64,000 nucleotides of DNA from NCBI GenBank assembly GCA_902775475.1, contig CACYME010000005.1:29642-93641 (forward strand), read 5' to 3'. Of the stretch, positions 47,397 through 55,627 are shown piece after piece. A program made the translations under genes and the position numbers. The first letter of the stretch is position 1; each line of letters begins with the position of its first letter. Below the pieces are notes generated by a model that was not told the origin of the DNA, searched no databases, and worked only from the letters and a program-made list of their open reading frames with translations. The DNA comes from an uncultured Prevotellaceae bacterium. Its GTDB lineage: Bacteria; Bacteroidota; Bacteroidia; Bacteroidales; Bacteroidaceae.

Positions 47397-49832
47397 ATGA
47401 AGACGATCATATCCCGACTCTGCTGCTTCATAGGCCTCACGGCCATGATGGCCTCATGCAACCTCTTCATCGACGACGACGAGCTGGAGGCCAACGAGTT
47501 CAGAAACGTTCCCGTGCATTCGGGCGAAGGCTACGACGCCCCAGTAAAAGAACACGAAGGCGGCTGCGACATTGAATATCAGTTCAATGAAGACGTGCGG
47601 GTGGTGGCGGCCGAGACGCAGGATGCCTACATCACCAGCGTCAAAGCGGACGAAGACAACATGTCGCTCATCGTGAGCTTCCGCGCCGACACGCCAAAGG
47701 AACTGCTTCCAAAAGCCGGTGAAATTTTCCTCAGCACAGCGACCAACAAGTTCCCCATGGGAGCCAACCACCGAGTACTGGAGTGCGAGAAGGAGGGCGA
47801 TGGCTACCAATGCGTGATGGCCTTCGCCAAGCTGGAGGAAACGTTCAAGACGCTGCACATCAATGGAAGCGTGGACTTTGGAACAGACTCTTTCCAAGTT
47901 GCCAGTCCACCTTACGAGGAAGAAGCTGGTGCACGCACAAGAGCCGAGGGTGATGACGCCTCCGTTACGGCTGATGTGAAATGCGAAGGAAACGAAATAT
48001 CCTTCAGCTTGCCTTTTAGCTTTAGCCTCAACTACCTCCACCCTAACGGACTTCATGGTGAAGCTACTGCAAGCAAGGAAAAGAATTTCTATAAGGTGAC
48101 CAACGAATTCAAGTTCGACGATTTCTCGCTCGACAACATGAAGGCCGACTTTGTTCAGACCATAGAGGAGAGTGCAGGCATCGTTATCTCCGGCGGGTTC
48201 ACAAAGTCAGTCAGACTGACCAAGAATTCCTTATATATCCTGAGGAACAAGCCCGTTCTCATCGGATCCGTGTTGGTATTGGTATTTTGGATCTCCGCCG
48301 ATGTGTATCTTGACTTGGATCTTTCCGCCACTATCACCATCAGCAAGCACAAGAAATACCAAAACATCTACCACCTCGACCTATACGAGCAAAAGTTAAC
48401 CAAGGAGACCAAAGTGCTGATTGACAAAGAGTGGCATCTGGATGCGAGCATCGATGGCAGCTTTGGCCTAAGAGTGGAACTGACAATCGGCATAGGCATT
48501 TATGGAAAAGTGCTTTCCGTCAGATTCATTCCTACGCTTAGGGCGATGTTCACACTCACCACTCCCATCGTCTCACACGAATCAGGTCAGTTGTGGTTCG
48601 ATCTCTCTAATGCTGCGGGACTAACCTTCACAATTGATTTCTCAGTAAAACTTGGCGTATTCCTCGATTTGTCACTGAAAACTTTGTTTGGTGACAGTAG
48701 TAAACCCATGAAGAATAAGGAACTGATAGACAAAGTGAAGAAGGGAGACCCAGAAGCAAAGAAAAAGTTCGACGAATTGGCCAATCAAGCCAGCAACAAT
48801 GACCATATTGACGAAAAGGGTGCATACCTCAACTTAGGGCCATGGATACTCTTCACCAAAACGTTTACATGGTATCCCAAATTGGACGACAAATCATTCC
48901 AAATCATCAGGTCATGGGACAAAGACAATAAGCAGATGACGTTCTCTGCCCAATACAAGCTCTCAAAATGGGGGTTTTGGACATCCATCATGGGCAGGCA
49001 TTTCACGCCAGGTTTGATGATTAAGAGGGGGAAAAAATACATCACCACTATCTTCCCCAATGAAGGAGGAACAGAGGCGACATGCTCGCTCGATAAAACA
49101 TACACCTTCGACATCCCTATCGACTATGATGAAAAAGACATCATGTACACAGCATATCCATGCTTCTTCGAATTGCCATGGAAGAGCAATATGCCCGATG
49201 CTTTCGACAAAGGTCTCCCCTTCTGTAACACCTCGCCCGAAATAGTTATCAACGAAGTAGTACCCTACGACCTGCATAAGGAGTGGCTCTCCGAGAATGG
49301 AGAGTTAGTTTTTGTTGAAGACGATTTCTATGACTACGCTTACACCTTTGATATCAAGACTCTTACCGCCATCAAAGGCGCAGCGAATATAGATTCTTGG
49401 CAAATCAATGAGTTATACACGGGAACAAAGCATAAATACAGTTCGAAAAAAGACAAAAAGAAAGACGGCATATACATTATGTACTGGGACTTCACGGTAT
49501 ACCGGAAAAACGACAAGAAATTTCCTATGTACCTGTCTTTCTACCCGATATTTTCGCTCAAGGATAGCAATAGTTCATGGACGACAGGAAGGAAATACGA
49601 TATGACAATATGGAGCAACAGGACTTATGAAGTGACACAAGACAGCTACGGAGGCAGCTTTACAGACACTTTCTCGCGCATGCGAGATGCCAATCCAGAC
49701 AGCGACGACGAGAAGAGCGTGACGAAATGCCAGTTGAATGCCATTGAATGCGACGGCGAAATCATCTGGCAACGGCCCGGCAGCAACTTCCAGAAGCCCG
49801 AACCATCGACCACGCCGTTCCAAAAGCTTTAA
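47397..49832 (+). CDS. Lipoprotein of unknown function (811 aa), mostly AT-rich coding sequence
   Basis: Lipobox MKTIISRLCCFIGLTAMMASC at ATG 47397. The upstream 100 codons in the ORF track overlap the previous gene and are Arg/Pro-rich shadow. The beta-rich middle reads VLVFWISADVYLDLDLSATITIS...GLRVELTIGIGIYGKVLSVRF. Confidence 0.7.
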   Translation: MKTIISRLCCFIGLTAMMASCNLFIDDDELEANEFRNVPVHSGEGYDAPVKEHEGGCDIEYQFNEDVRVVAAETQDAYITSVKADEDNMSLIVSFRADTPKELLPKAGEIFLSTATNKFPMGANHRVLECEKEGDGYQCVMAFAKLEETFKTLHINGSVDFGTDSFQVASPPYEEEAGARTRAEGDDASVTADVKCEGNEISFSLPFSFSLNYLHPNGLHGEATASKEKNFYKVTNEFKFDDFSLDNMKADFVQTIEESAGIVISGGFTKSVRLTKNSLYILRNKPVLIGSVLVLVFWISADVYLDLDLSATITISKHKKYQNIYHLDLYEQKLTKETKVLIDKEWHLDASIDGSFGLRVELTIGIGIYGKVLSVRFIPTLRAMFTLTTPIVSHESGQLWFDLSNAAGLTFTIDFSVKLGVFLDLSLKTLFGDSSKPMKNKELIDKVKKGDPEAKKKFDELANQASNNDHIDEKGAYLNLGPWILFTKTFTWYPKLDDKSFQIIRSWDKDNKQMTFSAQYKLSKWGFWTSIMGRHFTPGLMIKRGKKYITTIFPNEGGTEATCSLDKTYTFDIPIDYDEKDIMYTAYPCFFELPWKSNMPDAFDKGLPFCNTSPEIVINEVVPYDLHKEWLSENGELVFVEDDFYDYAYTFDIKTLTAIKGAANIDSWQINELYTGTKHKYSSKKDKKKDGIYIMYWDFTVYRKNDKKFPMYLSFYPIFSLKDSNSSWTTGRKYDMTIWSNRTYEVTQDSYGGSFTDTFSRMRDANPDSDDEKSVTKCQLNAIECDGEIIWQRPGSNFQKPEPSTTPFQKL

Positions 49833-49865
49833 TCGTCCTTTACAGAGGACAACACCACACCTACT

Positions 49866-49919
49866 CCCCGCTGCCATTCCTCCACTCACAATGTGGCAAG
49901 GATGACAGCGGGCTTTTTC
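49866..49919 (+). terminator. Hairpin plus T-run terminating the cluster
   Basis: CCCCGCTGCCAT - 27 nt - ATGACAGCGGG followed by CTTTTT, 34 nt after the stop at 49832. There is one mismatch in an 11-bp stem. Confidence 0.5.
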
Positions 49920-50140
49920 GACCTATTCGGTTGAATCGCGATGCAAAGGCGTTTCCAACCGAATATACCGCAGAGGCTTTTTCACTCCGTTAAAAGTAGG
50001 AAATCACCTTATGTAATTCTGTCCTGCGGCATGTTGTGCGGCGTTAGACAAGCTAACGCCCTACAGCGGCGGAGAAGCGGCGGAGAAAATACAGCGAGAC
50101 TTGGATTGATTTTCGTTTTTGAACATACCGACGGATTAAA

Positions 50141-50556
50141 ATTGTCAAAATATTTCACAAAAAAACAGCTCACGGCAACGAGGCAAAATTTGGCGAAAAA
50201 TGGCCGTTTTGGGGGCTTAGAGAACCCATGGGGAGCCTCTCTTAAAGAAAGATTAAGTAAAATAATCTTAATTATTGCACAAACCCCCTAATTTTGCGCA
50301 CGTTTTTCTCGCATTTTTTGCCCATTTTCGCGTTTCTGTAAGCACGCCAAATTTTCAAAAGTCAACGCCAAATTTTCAAAAGGCGTTGACTTTTTTTTCT
50401 CAACGAACGCCTTTTTTCGCAAAAATCAGCCCAATATACTAAAAATCAATCATTTAACAAACCCTCTCAAAACTCGCTCATTTTCGTCCAAAAGTTTTTT
50501 CGTGGAGAATTTTCGAAATATGGAGGCCAAAAATGGCCATTTTGTCAATATCTTTC
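50141..50556 (+). repeat. Copy D (most diverged) of the ~0.45 kb AT-rich repeat family; right bracket of the 22-kb cluster
   Basis: The core at 50344-50394 is identical to copy A (AAGCACGCCAAATTTTCAAAAGTCAACGCCAAATTTTCAAAAGGCGTTGACTTTT), here followed by a T-run. The ends are TTGTCAAAATATTTC and TTGTCAATATCTTTC. Confidence 0.7.
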
Positions 50557-50745
50557 AAAAAAAATACATCCTCGTCCTGGCAGTTTTTTTTCGCTTTTAG
50601 TAACCATAAAAACCGCAACAATTCTGTGGTGGCACGCTATTTATCACAATTAGTGAAAAGGACATTTTGGCTGCGCCGAAGGTACTCCCGTTTGGAAAAG
50701 CAAAAGAAAAAGGTGTTTTTCTTTTGCTTTTCGCTCACTTATTCG

Positions 50746-50753
50746 TACCTTTG
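50746..50753 (+). promoter_or_regulatory. -7 promoter box TACCTTTG for pyrE
   Basis: Matches TAnnTTTG, 37 nt upstream of ATG 50790. Confidence 0.5.
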
Positions 50754-50789
50754 CAGAAAATTTTGAAGGAACATTATTATATAATATAT

Positions 50790-51440
50790 ATGAATAGCAA
50801 CATGGATAGCATCAAGAAAATCTTTGCAAAGAAGCTGCTTGAGGTGAAGGCCGTCAAGCTGCAACCCCAGGAGCCGTTCACATGGGCCAGCGGCTGGAAG
50901 TCGCCCATCTACACCGATAACCGCAAGACGCTGTCGTTTCCCTCGCTGCGCTCGTTCGTCAAGCTGGAGCTCTGCCACCTCATCCTGGAGAACTTCCCCG
51001 AGGCCGAGGCAGTGGCCGGCGTAGCTACAGGAGCCATTGCCCAGGGTGCGCTGGTGGCCGACCAGCTGGGCCTGCCCTTCTCGTATGTGAGGCCGAAGCC
51101 GAAGGACCACGGCATGGGCAACCAGATTGAGGGCGAGGTGAAGAAGGGTGCCAAGGTGGTGGTGGTGGAAGACCTCATCTCTACTGGCGGCAGCAGCCTG
51201 AAGGCTGTGCAGGCCCTGCGCGACTACGGCGTAGAGGTGGTCGGCATGGTGGCGTCGTTCACCTACGGGTTCCCCGTGGCCGAGGAGGCTTTCCGCGAGG
51301 CCGGCGTCAGACTGCTGACGCTGAGCGACTATGAGCACGTGGTCAGCGAGGCCGCGAAAACGGGCTACATCCGCGAAGAGGACATGCCCGTGCTGGCCGA
51401 ATGGCGCAAGAACCCCGGGGAATGGAAAAGCACGGAATAA
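50790..51440 (+). CDS. pyrE: Orotate phosphoribosyltransferase
   Basis: MNSNMDSIKKIFAKKLLEVKAVKLQPQEPFTWASGWKSPIYTDNRKTL... with PRPP motif VVVVEDLISTGGSS. Confidence 0.92.
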   Translation: MNSNMDSIKKIFAKKLLEVKAVKLQPQEPFTWASGWKSPIYTDNRKTLSFPSLRSFVKLELCHLILENFPEAEAVAGVATGAIAQGALVADQLGLPFSYVRPKPKDHGMGNQIEGEVKKGAKVVVVEDLISTGGSSLKAVQALRDYGVEVVGMVASFTYGFPVAEEAFREAGVRLLTLSDYEHVVSEAAKTGYIREEDMPVLAEWRKNPGEWKSTE

Positions 51441-51458
51441 ACGAAAACAGATGATAGT

Positions 51459-51875
51459 ATGAGCAAGTACGAGAGTAGCATCAAGACGGTGCCCTATCCG
51501 CAGGAGGCGGTCTATCGCAACATCAGCGACCTGAGCAACCTGGCTCGCATCCGCGACCGCATACCCAGCGACAAGGTGCAGGAGTTCACCTTCGACCAGG
51601 ACAGCGTGTCGGTGAGCGTGCCGCCCGTGGGGCAGATCACCCTACGCATCGTGGAACGCGAGGAGCCGAAGTGCATCAAGTTCGAGGCCGTGCAGAGTCC
51701 CCTACCCTTCAACCTCTGGGTGCAGATTCTGCCCATTGACGAGCAGACGTCGAAGATGAAGGTCACCGTAGACGCCGATATCCCCATGATGCTGAAGCCC
51801 ATGGTGAGCGGCCCGCTGCAGGACGGCGTGGAGAAGGTGGCCGACGCACTGGCACTCATTGACTACAGAGATTGA
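51459..51875 (+). CDS. SRPBCC-like small protein (138 aa), function unknown
   Basis: The size and pattern (KYESSIKTVPYPQEAVYRNISDLSNL...KMKVTVDADIPMMLKPMVSGPLQDGVEKVADALA) resemble SRPBCC/START-fold proteins. The assignment is tentative. Confidence 0.45.
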   Translation: MSKYESSIKTVPYPQEAVYRNISDLSNLARIRDRIPSDKVQEFTFDQDSVSVSVPPVGQITLRIVEREEPKCIKFEAVQSPLPFNLWVQILPIDEQTSKMKVTVDADIPMMLKPMVSGPLQDGVEKVADALALIDYRD

Positions 51876-51954
51876 CGACAGACTATTGACTGAAAGACCA
51901 TAGTCTGAAGCTCCAAGTCAACAAACAAAAGTCGCAATTAATATTTGTCGGAAC

Positions 51955-53289
51955 ATGAAACTGTGGGAGAAAGATTTTGAAATCAACAGCGAGATAGAGC
52001 GGTTCACCGTGGGCCGCGACCGCGAGCTGGACCTCTACCTGGCCCCCTACGACGTGCTGGGGTCGATGGCCCACGTGACGATGCTGGAGTCGATAGGCCT
52101 CATCGGGAAGGACGAGTTGCCCGTGCTGCTGCGCGAGCTGCGCGCCATCTACGAGCAGACGCAGCGAGGCGAGTTCGTCATCGAGGACGGCATCGAGGAT
52201 GTGCACTCGCAGGTGGAGCTGATGCTGACGCGCCGTCTGGGCGACATGGGCAAGAAGATTCACTCGGGTCGGTCGCGCAACGACCAGGTGCTCGTCGACC
52301 TGAAGCTCTTCACACGCCATCAGCTACAGTTGGTGGCCGAGGCGGTGAAGGACCTCTTCGACCAGCTCATCCAGAAGAGCGAGCAGTACAAGGACGTGCT
52401 CATGCCCGGCTACACCCACCTGCAGGTGGCCATGCCCAGCTCGTTCGGCCTGTGGTTCGGAGCCTACGCCGAGAGCCTGGCCGACGACATGCTCTTCCTG
52501 CATGCGGCCTACAGGATGACCAACCGCAACCCCTTGGGGTCGGCAGCGGGCTATGGCTCCAGCTTCCCCCTGAACCGCCAGATGACCACCGACCTGCTGG
52601 GCTTCGACTCGATGGACTACAACGTGGTTTACGCCCAGATGGGCCGTGGCAAGACGGAGCGCAACGTGGGCTTCGCCCTCGCCACCATCGCCGGCACCAT
52701 GGCCAAGCTGGCCTTCGACGCCTGTCTGTTCAACTCGCAGAACTTCGGCTTCGTCCGTCTGCCCAAGGAGTGCACCACGGGCAGCAGCATCATGCCCCAC
52801 AAGAAGAACCCCGACGTGTTTGAGCTGATTCGCGCCAAGAGCAACAAGCTGCAGGCACTGCCGCAGCAGGTGACGCTCATCATGAACAACCTGCCCGTGG
52901 GCTACTTCCGCGACCTGCAAATCATCAAGGAGGTGTTTCTTCCGGCCTTCGACGAGCTGCTCGACTGCCTGCGCATGACGGCCTACATCATCAACCGCAT
53001 TGAGGTGAACGACCACATCCTCGACGACCCGCGTTACGACCCGATGTTCAGCGTGGAGGAGGTGAACCGCCTGGCAGCCGAGGGCATGCCTTTCCGCGAT
53101 GCCTACAAGAAGGTAGGCCTCGACATCGAGGCGGGACGCTTCACGCCCTGCAAGGACATCCACCACACCCACGAGGGCAGCATCGGCAACCTCTGCAACG
53201 ACCGCATCAAGGCACTCATGGACGAGACCATGCGCCAGTTCGGCTTCGAACGCGTTTCAAAAGCAGAAAAAAAGCTCATCTATGCGTAG
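51955..53289 (+). CDS. argH: Argininosuccinate lyase
   Basis: MKLWEKDFEINSEIERFTVGRD...GYTHLQVAMPSSFG... with the fumarate-lyase signature GSSIMPHKKNPDVFELIR. Confidence 0.93.
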   Translation: MKLWEKDFEINSEIERFTVGRDRELDLYLAPYDVLGSMAHVTMLESIGLIGKDELPVLLRELRAIYEQTQRGEFVIEDGIEDVHSQVELMLTRRLGDMGKKIHSGRSRNDQVLVDLKLFTRHQLQLVAEAVKDLFDQLIQKSEQYKDVLMPGYTHLQVAMPSSFGLWFGAYAESLADDMLFLHAAYRMTNRNPLGSAAGYGSSFPLNRQMTTDLLGFDSMDYNVVYAQMGRGKTERNVGFALATIAGTMAKLAFDACLFNSQNFGFVRLPKECTTGSSIMPHKKNPDVFELIRAKSNKLQALPQQVTLIMNNLPVGYFRDLQIIKEVFLPAFDELLDCLRMTAYIINRIEVNDHILDDPRYDPMFSVEEVNRLAAEGMPFRDAYKKVGLDIEAGRFTPCKDIHHTHEGSIGNLCNDRIKALMDETMRQFGFERVSKAEKKLIYA

Positions 53290-53845
53290 GCTACTGTTGG
53301 GTTTCTTGCTTTGCCTGCTGGCGGCTTGCCAGACCGACAACATGTACAGTTCGGCCTATTGCCGCTTCACGTTCAACGCCTCGCTCTATCCCTCGAGCGC
53401 CCTCACCCGTGCCGTTGGCTCTGCTGGCGGCGACTTCTGCATCGTGAAGGCATCGGTGAGGAACGGCATCACCCACCTGCTGCTGACGCCTAACCGCGGC
53501 ACTTACGCCCAGACCGACCTGGACCTGCCGATGAACACCGCCATCAGCGGCGAGCGCACCAGCTATGCCGCCATGGGCTATCGTCAGGGGCTTATTATCG
53601 GTCGCTCACTCTATGGACAGCTGCGCTGCTACGACCTGATGTGCCCCAATTGCGATAACATCAACGAGCTGAAATGGAGCGAGGAGCAGACGCTCGACCT
53701 GGTGTGCGGCAAGTGCCACCGCACCTACAACATCGACGGCGAGTATGGCTACGTGAAGTCGGGCGAAAAGGGCCGCGCACTGACGCTCTACCGCAACATC
53801 AGCTACGCTCCCGACAGCGGCATGCTCATCGTTAGCAATCCGTAA
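53282..53845 (+). CDS. Lipoprotein with a CxxC...CxxC zinc-ribbon-like motif, function unknown
   Basis: Lipobox MRRLLLGFLLCLLAAC and DLMCPNCDNINELKWSEEQTLDLVCGKCHRTY. The start overlaps the argH stop by 8 nt. Confidence 0.6.
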   Translation: MRRLLLGFLLCLLAACQTDNMYSSAYCRFTFNASLYPSSALTRAVGSAGGDFCIVKASVRNGITHLLLTPNRGTYAQTDLDLPMNTAISGERTSYAAMGYRQGLIIGRSLYGQLRCYDLMCPNCDNINELKWSEEQTLDLVCGKCHRTYNIDGEYGYVKSGEKGRALTLYRNISYAPDSGMLIVSNP

Positions 53846-53858
53846 GCGGCGCTACGCG

Positions 53859-53939
53859 CCTAAATAATAAATGACAAATGATAAATGACGGGGCTGCTCA
53901 AGCCTGCTATCATTTATCATTTGTCATTTATCATTTAGG
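53859..53939. terminator. 30-bp-stem hairpin built from AAATGAY heptamer words, between the lipoprotein gene end and the tRNA-Leu 3' end (bidirectional terminator candidate)
   Basis: CCTAAATAATAAATGACAAATGATAAATGAC - loop - TATCATTTATCATTTGTCATTTATCATTTAGG, with one mismatch. Confidence 0.7.
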
Positions 53940-53955
53940 ACGAAGCACGCAATCC

Positions 53956-54043
53956 TGGTGCCGCGAGCGGGACTCGAACCCGCACAACCCTTCCGGGTCA
54001 AGGGATTTTAAGTCCCTCGTGTCTACCATTCCACCATCGCGGC
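53956..54043 (-). tRNA. tRNA-Leu (anticodon UAA), long variable arm, CCA encoded
   Basis: The reverse strand reads GCCGCGATGGTGGAATGGTAGACACGAGGGACTTAAAATCCCTTGACCCGGAAGGGTTGTGCGGGTTCGAGTCCCGCTCGCGGCACCA. Acceptor GCCGCGA/TCGCGGC, anticodon stem AGGGA/TCCCT with loop CTTAAAA, and T-loop GGTTCGAGTCC. Confidence 0.93.
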
Positions 54044-54068
54044 ATCCATTTCGCGTTGAAATCGGCTG

Positions 54069-54076
54069 CAAAGGTA
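54069..54076 (-). promoter_or_regulatory. -7 promoter box TACCTTTG for tRNA-Leu
   Basis: Reverse complement of CAAAGGTA, 26 nt upstream of the tRNA 5' end. Confidence 0.5.
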
Positions 54077-54081
54077 ATAAA

Positions 54082-54170
54082 AAGTTAGGAGTTAGGAGTT
54101 AGGAGTTAGGAGTTTTTGCTCCTCCCTTAATTATTTTTAACTCGCAACCTCAAACTGCCAACTCCTAACT
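54082..54170. terminator. GTTAGGA x4 heptamer tract with a partial complementary arm directly after the GH28 stop
   Basis: AAGTTAGGAGTTAGGAGTTAGGAGTTAGGAGTTTTT ... CCAACTCCTAACTC. About 12 bp of complementarity, plus a local AGGAG-TTTTTG-CTCCT hairpin. Confidence 0.45.
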
Positions 54171-55510
54171 CATTCAATGGTCTCTCCATTCACCACGACG
54201 TTCTTCAGCATCAGGTTGTCGATGGGGCGCTGGGAGAAGGCTTTCTCCTTGGCGTAGTCCTTCACGTCAATATCTTCAAACGCGAAGTCCTTCAGCGCAT
54301 ACTTGTCGGAGCCGGTGACATTGAAGAACACGTTGCACGTCATCTGGATATTGCGGAACGTGACGTTGTTGCACTGCGAGAGCGGCATGTCGAGGCGCTC
54401 CTGCTTCTCGTAGAACTGAGTCCAAGGGCGCACGAGCAGGAAGTTGCGGCACTTGCCCGTGAAGCCTTCCACGTGGACATATTCGTAGTGCTGCGGCGTG
54501 TCGGGACGCATCTTCAGCCAGAGCACGTTGTTCGTGTCGTCGGCCACGCAGTTGCGCATGATGACGTTCCAGTCGTGGACGCTCTCCGAGCCTAAGGTCA
54601 TGCAGCCATGCACCATGCCGTAGTGGCAGTTCTCCACCAGGATGTTGTAGCAGGGGCCATTCTCGGGAGCCTGGTCGGCGAAGGTGCCCTTGCCGCCCTT
54701 CAGCACCACGGCATCGTCGTTCACGTTCATGTAGCAGCCTCGCACCACCACGTCGTGGCACACGTCGATGTCGATGGCATCGGTCGACGGGCCCTTGATG
54801 CCCGTGGTGGACGAATAGATGTAGAGGTCGAGGTAGCGCACGTGGTCGCAGCGGTAGATATGGTTCGTCCAGAAGGGCGAGTTGATGAGCCGCACATCCT
54901 GGATGGTGACATTCTTGCAGTTCGAGATGTAGGTCAGGCGTGGCCGCTGGGCATCCTTGTTGGTGCACTGCGGATTCCACTGGCGGCGAATCCAGAACTC
55001 CTCCCAGTAGTCCTGTCCGTTGCCGTCGATGGTGCCCTTGCCGGTGATGGTGAAGCCGTCGAGGCCGTCGGCATTGACGAGTGCCACGAAGTACTTGCAC
55101 GTCTGGCCCTCAATGCGCGTCTCGCGGATTTCGAAGTCGTGCACGCGGTCGCTGCCTTTCAGCACGGCGCCCTCCTGCAAGTGCAAGTGTGTGCCCTGCT
55201 TGAAGAACAGGCTGCCGCTGAAGAACGTTCCCTTCGGCACAACGATGACGCCGCCACCCTCGGCAGCCGCCTTGTCGATGACGGCCTGAATCTCGCGCGT
55301 CTGGATGTCCGTCGTGCCCTGACGCACGCCATAGTTAGTCAGCACATACTGCTTGCCCAGCGTACTGACATCCACCTTCGCCGTGTCCGTGAACCAGGCA
55401 TCCATCACCTCGCCGTTGGGCCACAGCTCTTGTTTCACCACTTTTTTCTTTCCCATGGCCACCGTGCACAGCATCAGCATCACGAGGCCCATCAGTAGTC
55501 TCTGTCTCAT
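54170..55510 (-). CDS. Glycoside hydrolase family 28 (polygalacturonase-like)
   Basis: Signal peptide MRQRLLMGLVMLMLCTVAMG. Parallel beta-helix motifs are STDAIDIDVCHDVVVRGC, NVNDDAVVLKGGKG and HGCMTLGSE. The start is set at ATG (cat 55508-55510). Confidence 0.85.
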   Translation of the reverse strand: MRQRLLMGLVMLMLCTVAMGKKKVVKQELWPNGEVMDAWFTDTAKVDVSTLGKQYVLTNYGVRQGTTDIQTREIQAVIDKAAAEGGGVIVVPKGTFFSGSLFFKQGTHLHLQEGAVLKGSDRVHDFEIRETRIEGQTCKYFVALVNADGLDGFTITGKGTIDGNGQDYWEEFWIRRQWNPQCTNKDAQRPRLTYISNCKNVTIQDVRLINSPFWTNHIYRCDHVRYLDLYIYSSTTGIKGPSTDAIDIDVCHDVVVRGCYMNVNDDAVVLKGGKGTFADQAPENGPCYNILVENCHYGMVHGCMTLGSESVHDWNVIMRNCVADDTNNVLWLKMRPDTPQHYEYVHVEGFTGKCRNFLLVRPWTQFYEKQERLDMPLSQCNNVTFRNIQMTCNVFFNVTGSDKYALKDFAFEDIDVKDYAKEKAFSQRPIDNLMLKNVVVNGETIE

Positions 55511-55542
55511 GTGTAAGTTTGTTTTGATTTGTTTAGCCGCGA

Positions 55543-55550
55543 CAAAGGTA
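55543..55550 (-). promoter_or_regulatory. -7 promoter box TACCTTTG for the GH28 gene
   Basis: Reverse complement of CAAAGGTA, 33 nt upstream of the ATG. Confidence 0.5.
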
Positions 55551-55561
55551 ATAAAAAACGA

Positions 55562-55603
55562 GGGAAACGCAAAAGAAAAGCGGGCTTTTCTTTTGCGTTT
55601 CCC
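55562..55603 (-). terminator. Perfect 19-bp hairpin downstream of the inositol-3-phosphate synthase gene
   Basis: GGGAAACGCAAAAGAAAAG-CGGG-CTTTTCTTTTGCGTTTCCC, 25 nt beyond the stop at 55628. Confidence 0.75.
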
Positions 55604-55627
55604 TACACCTGTCAATGACGGCGAGGC

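Noticed and set aside
27122-50556. Reading the cluster plus its two inverted flanking repeats as a composite transposon or genomic island
   Set aside because: There is no transposase, integrase or tRNA-adjacent att site, and I saw no target-site duplication. The same repeat also flanks ordinary housekeeping blocks. I kept it only as a hypothesis inside the repeat-family finding.
53878-54102. 74-aa ORF (MINDGAAQACYHLSFVIYHLG...)
   Set aside because: It is translated from a hairpin arm and runs antisense across the tRNA-Leu gene, so it is an artefact.
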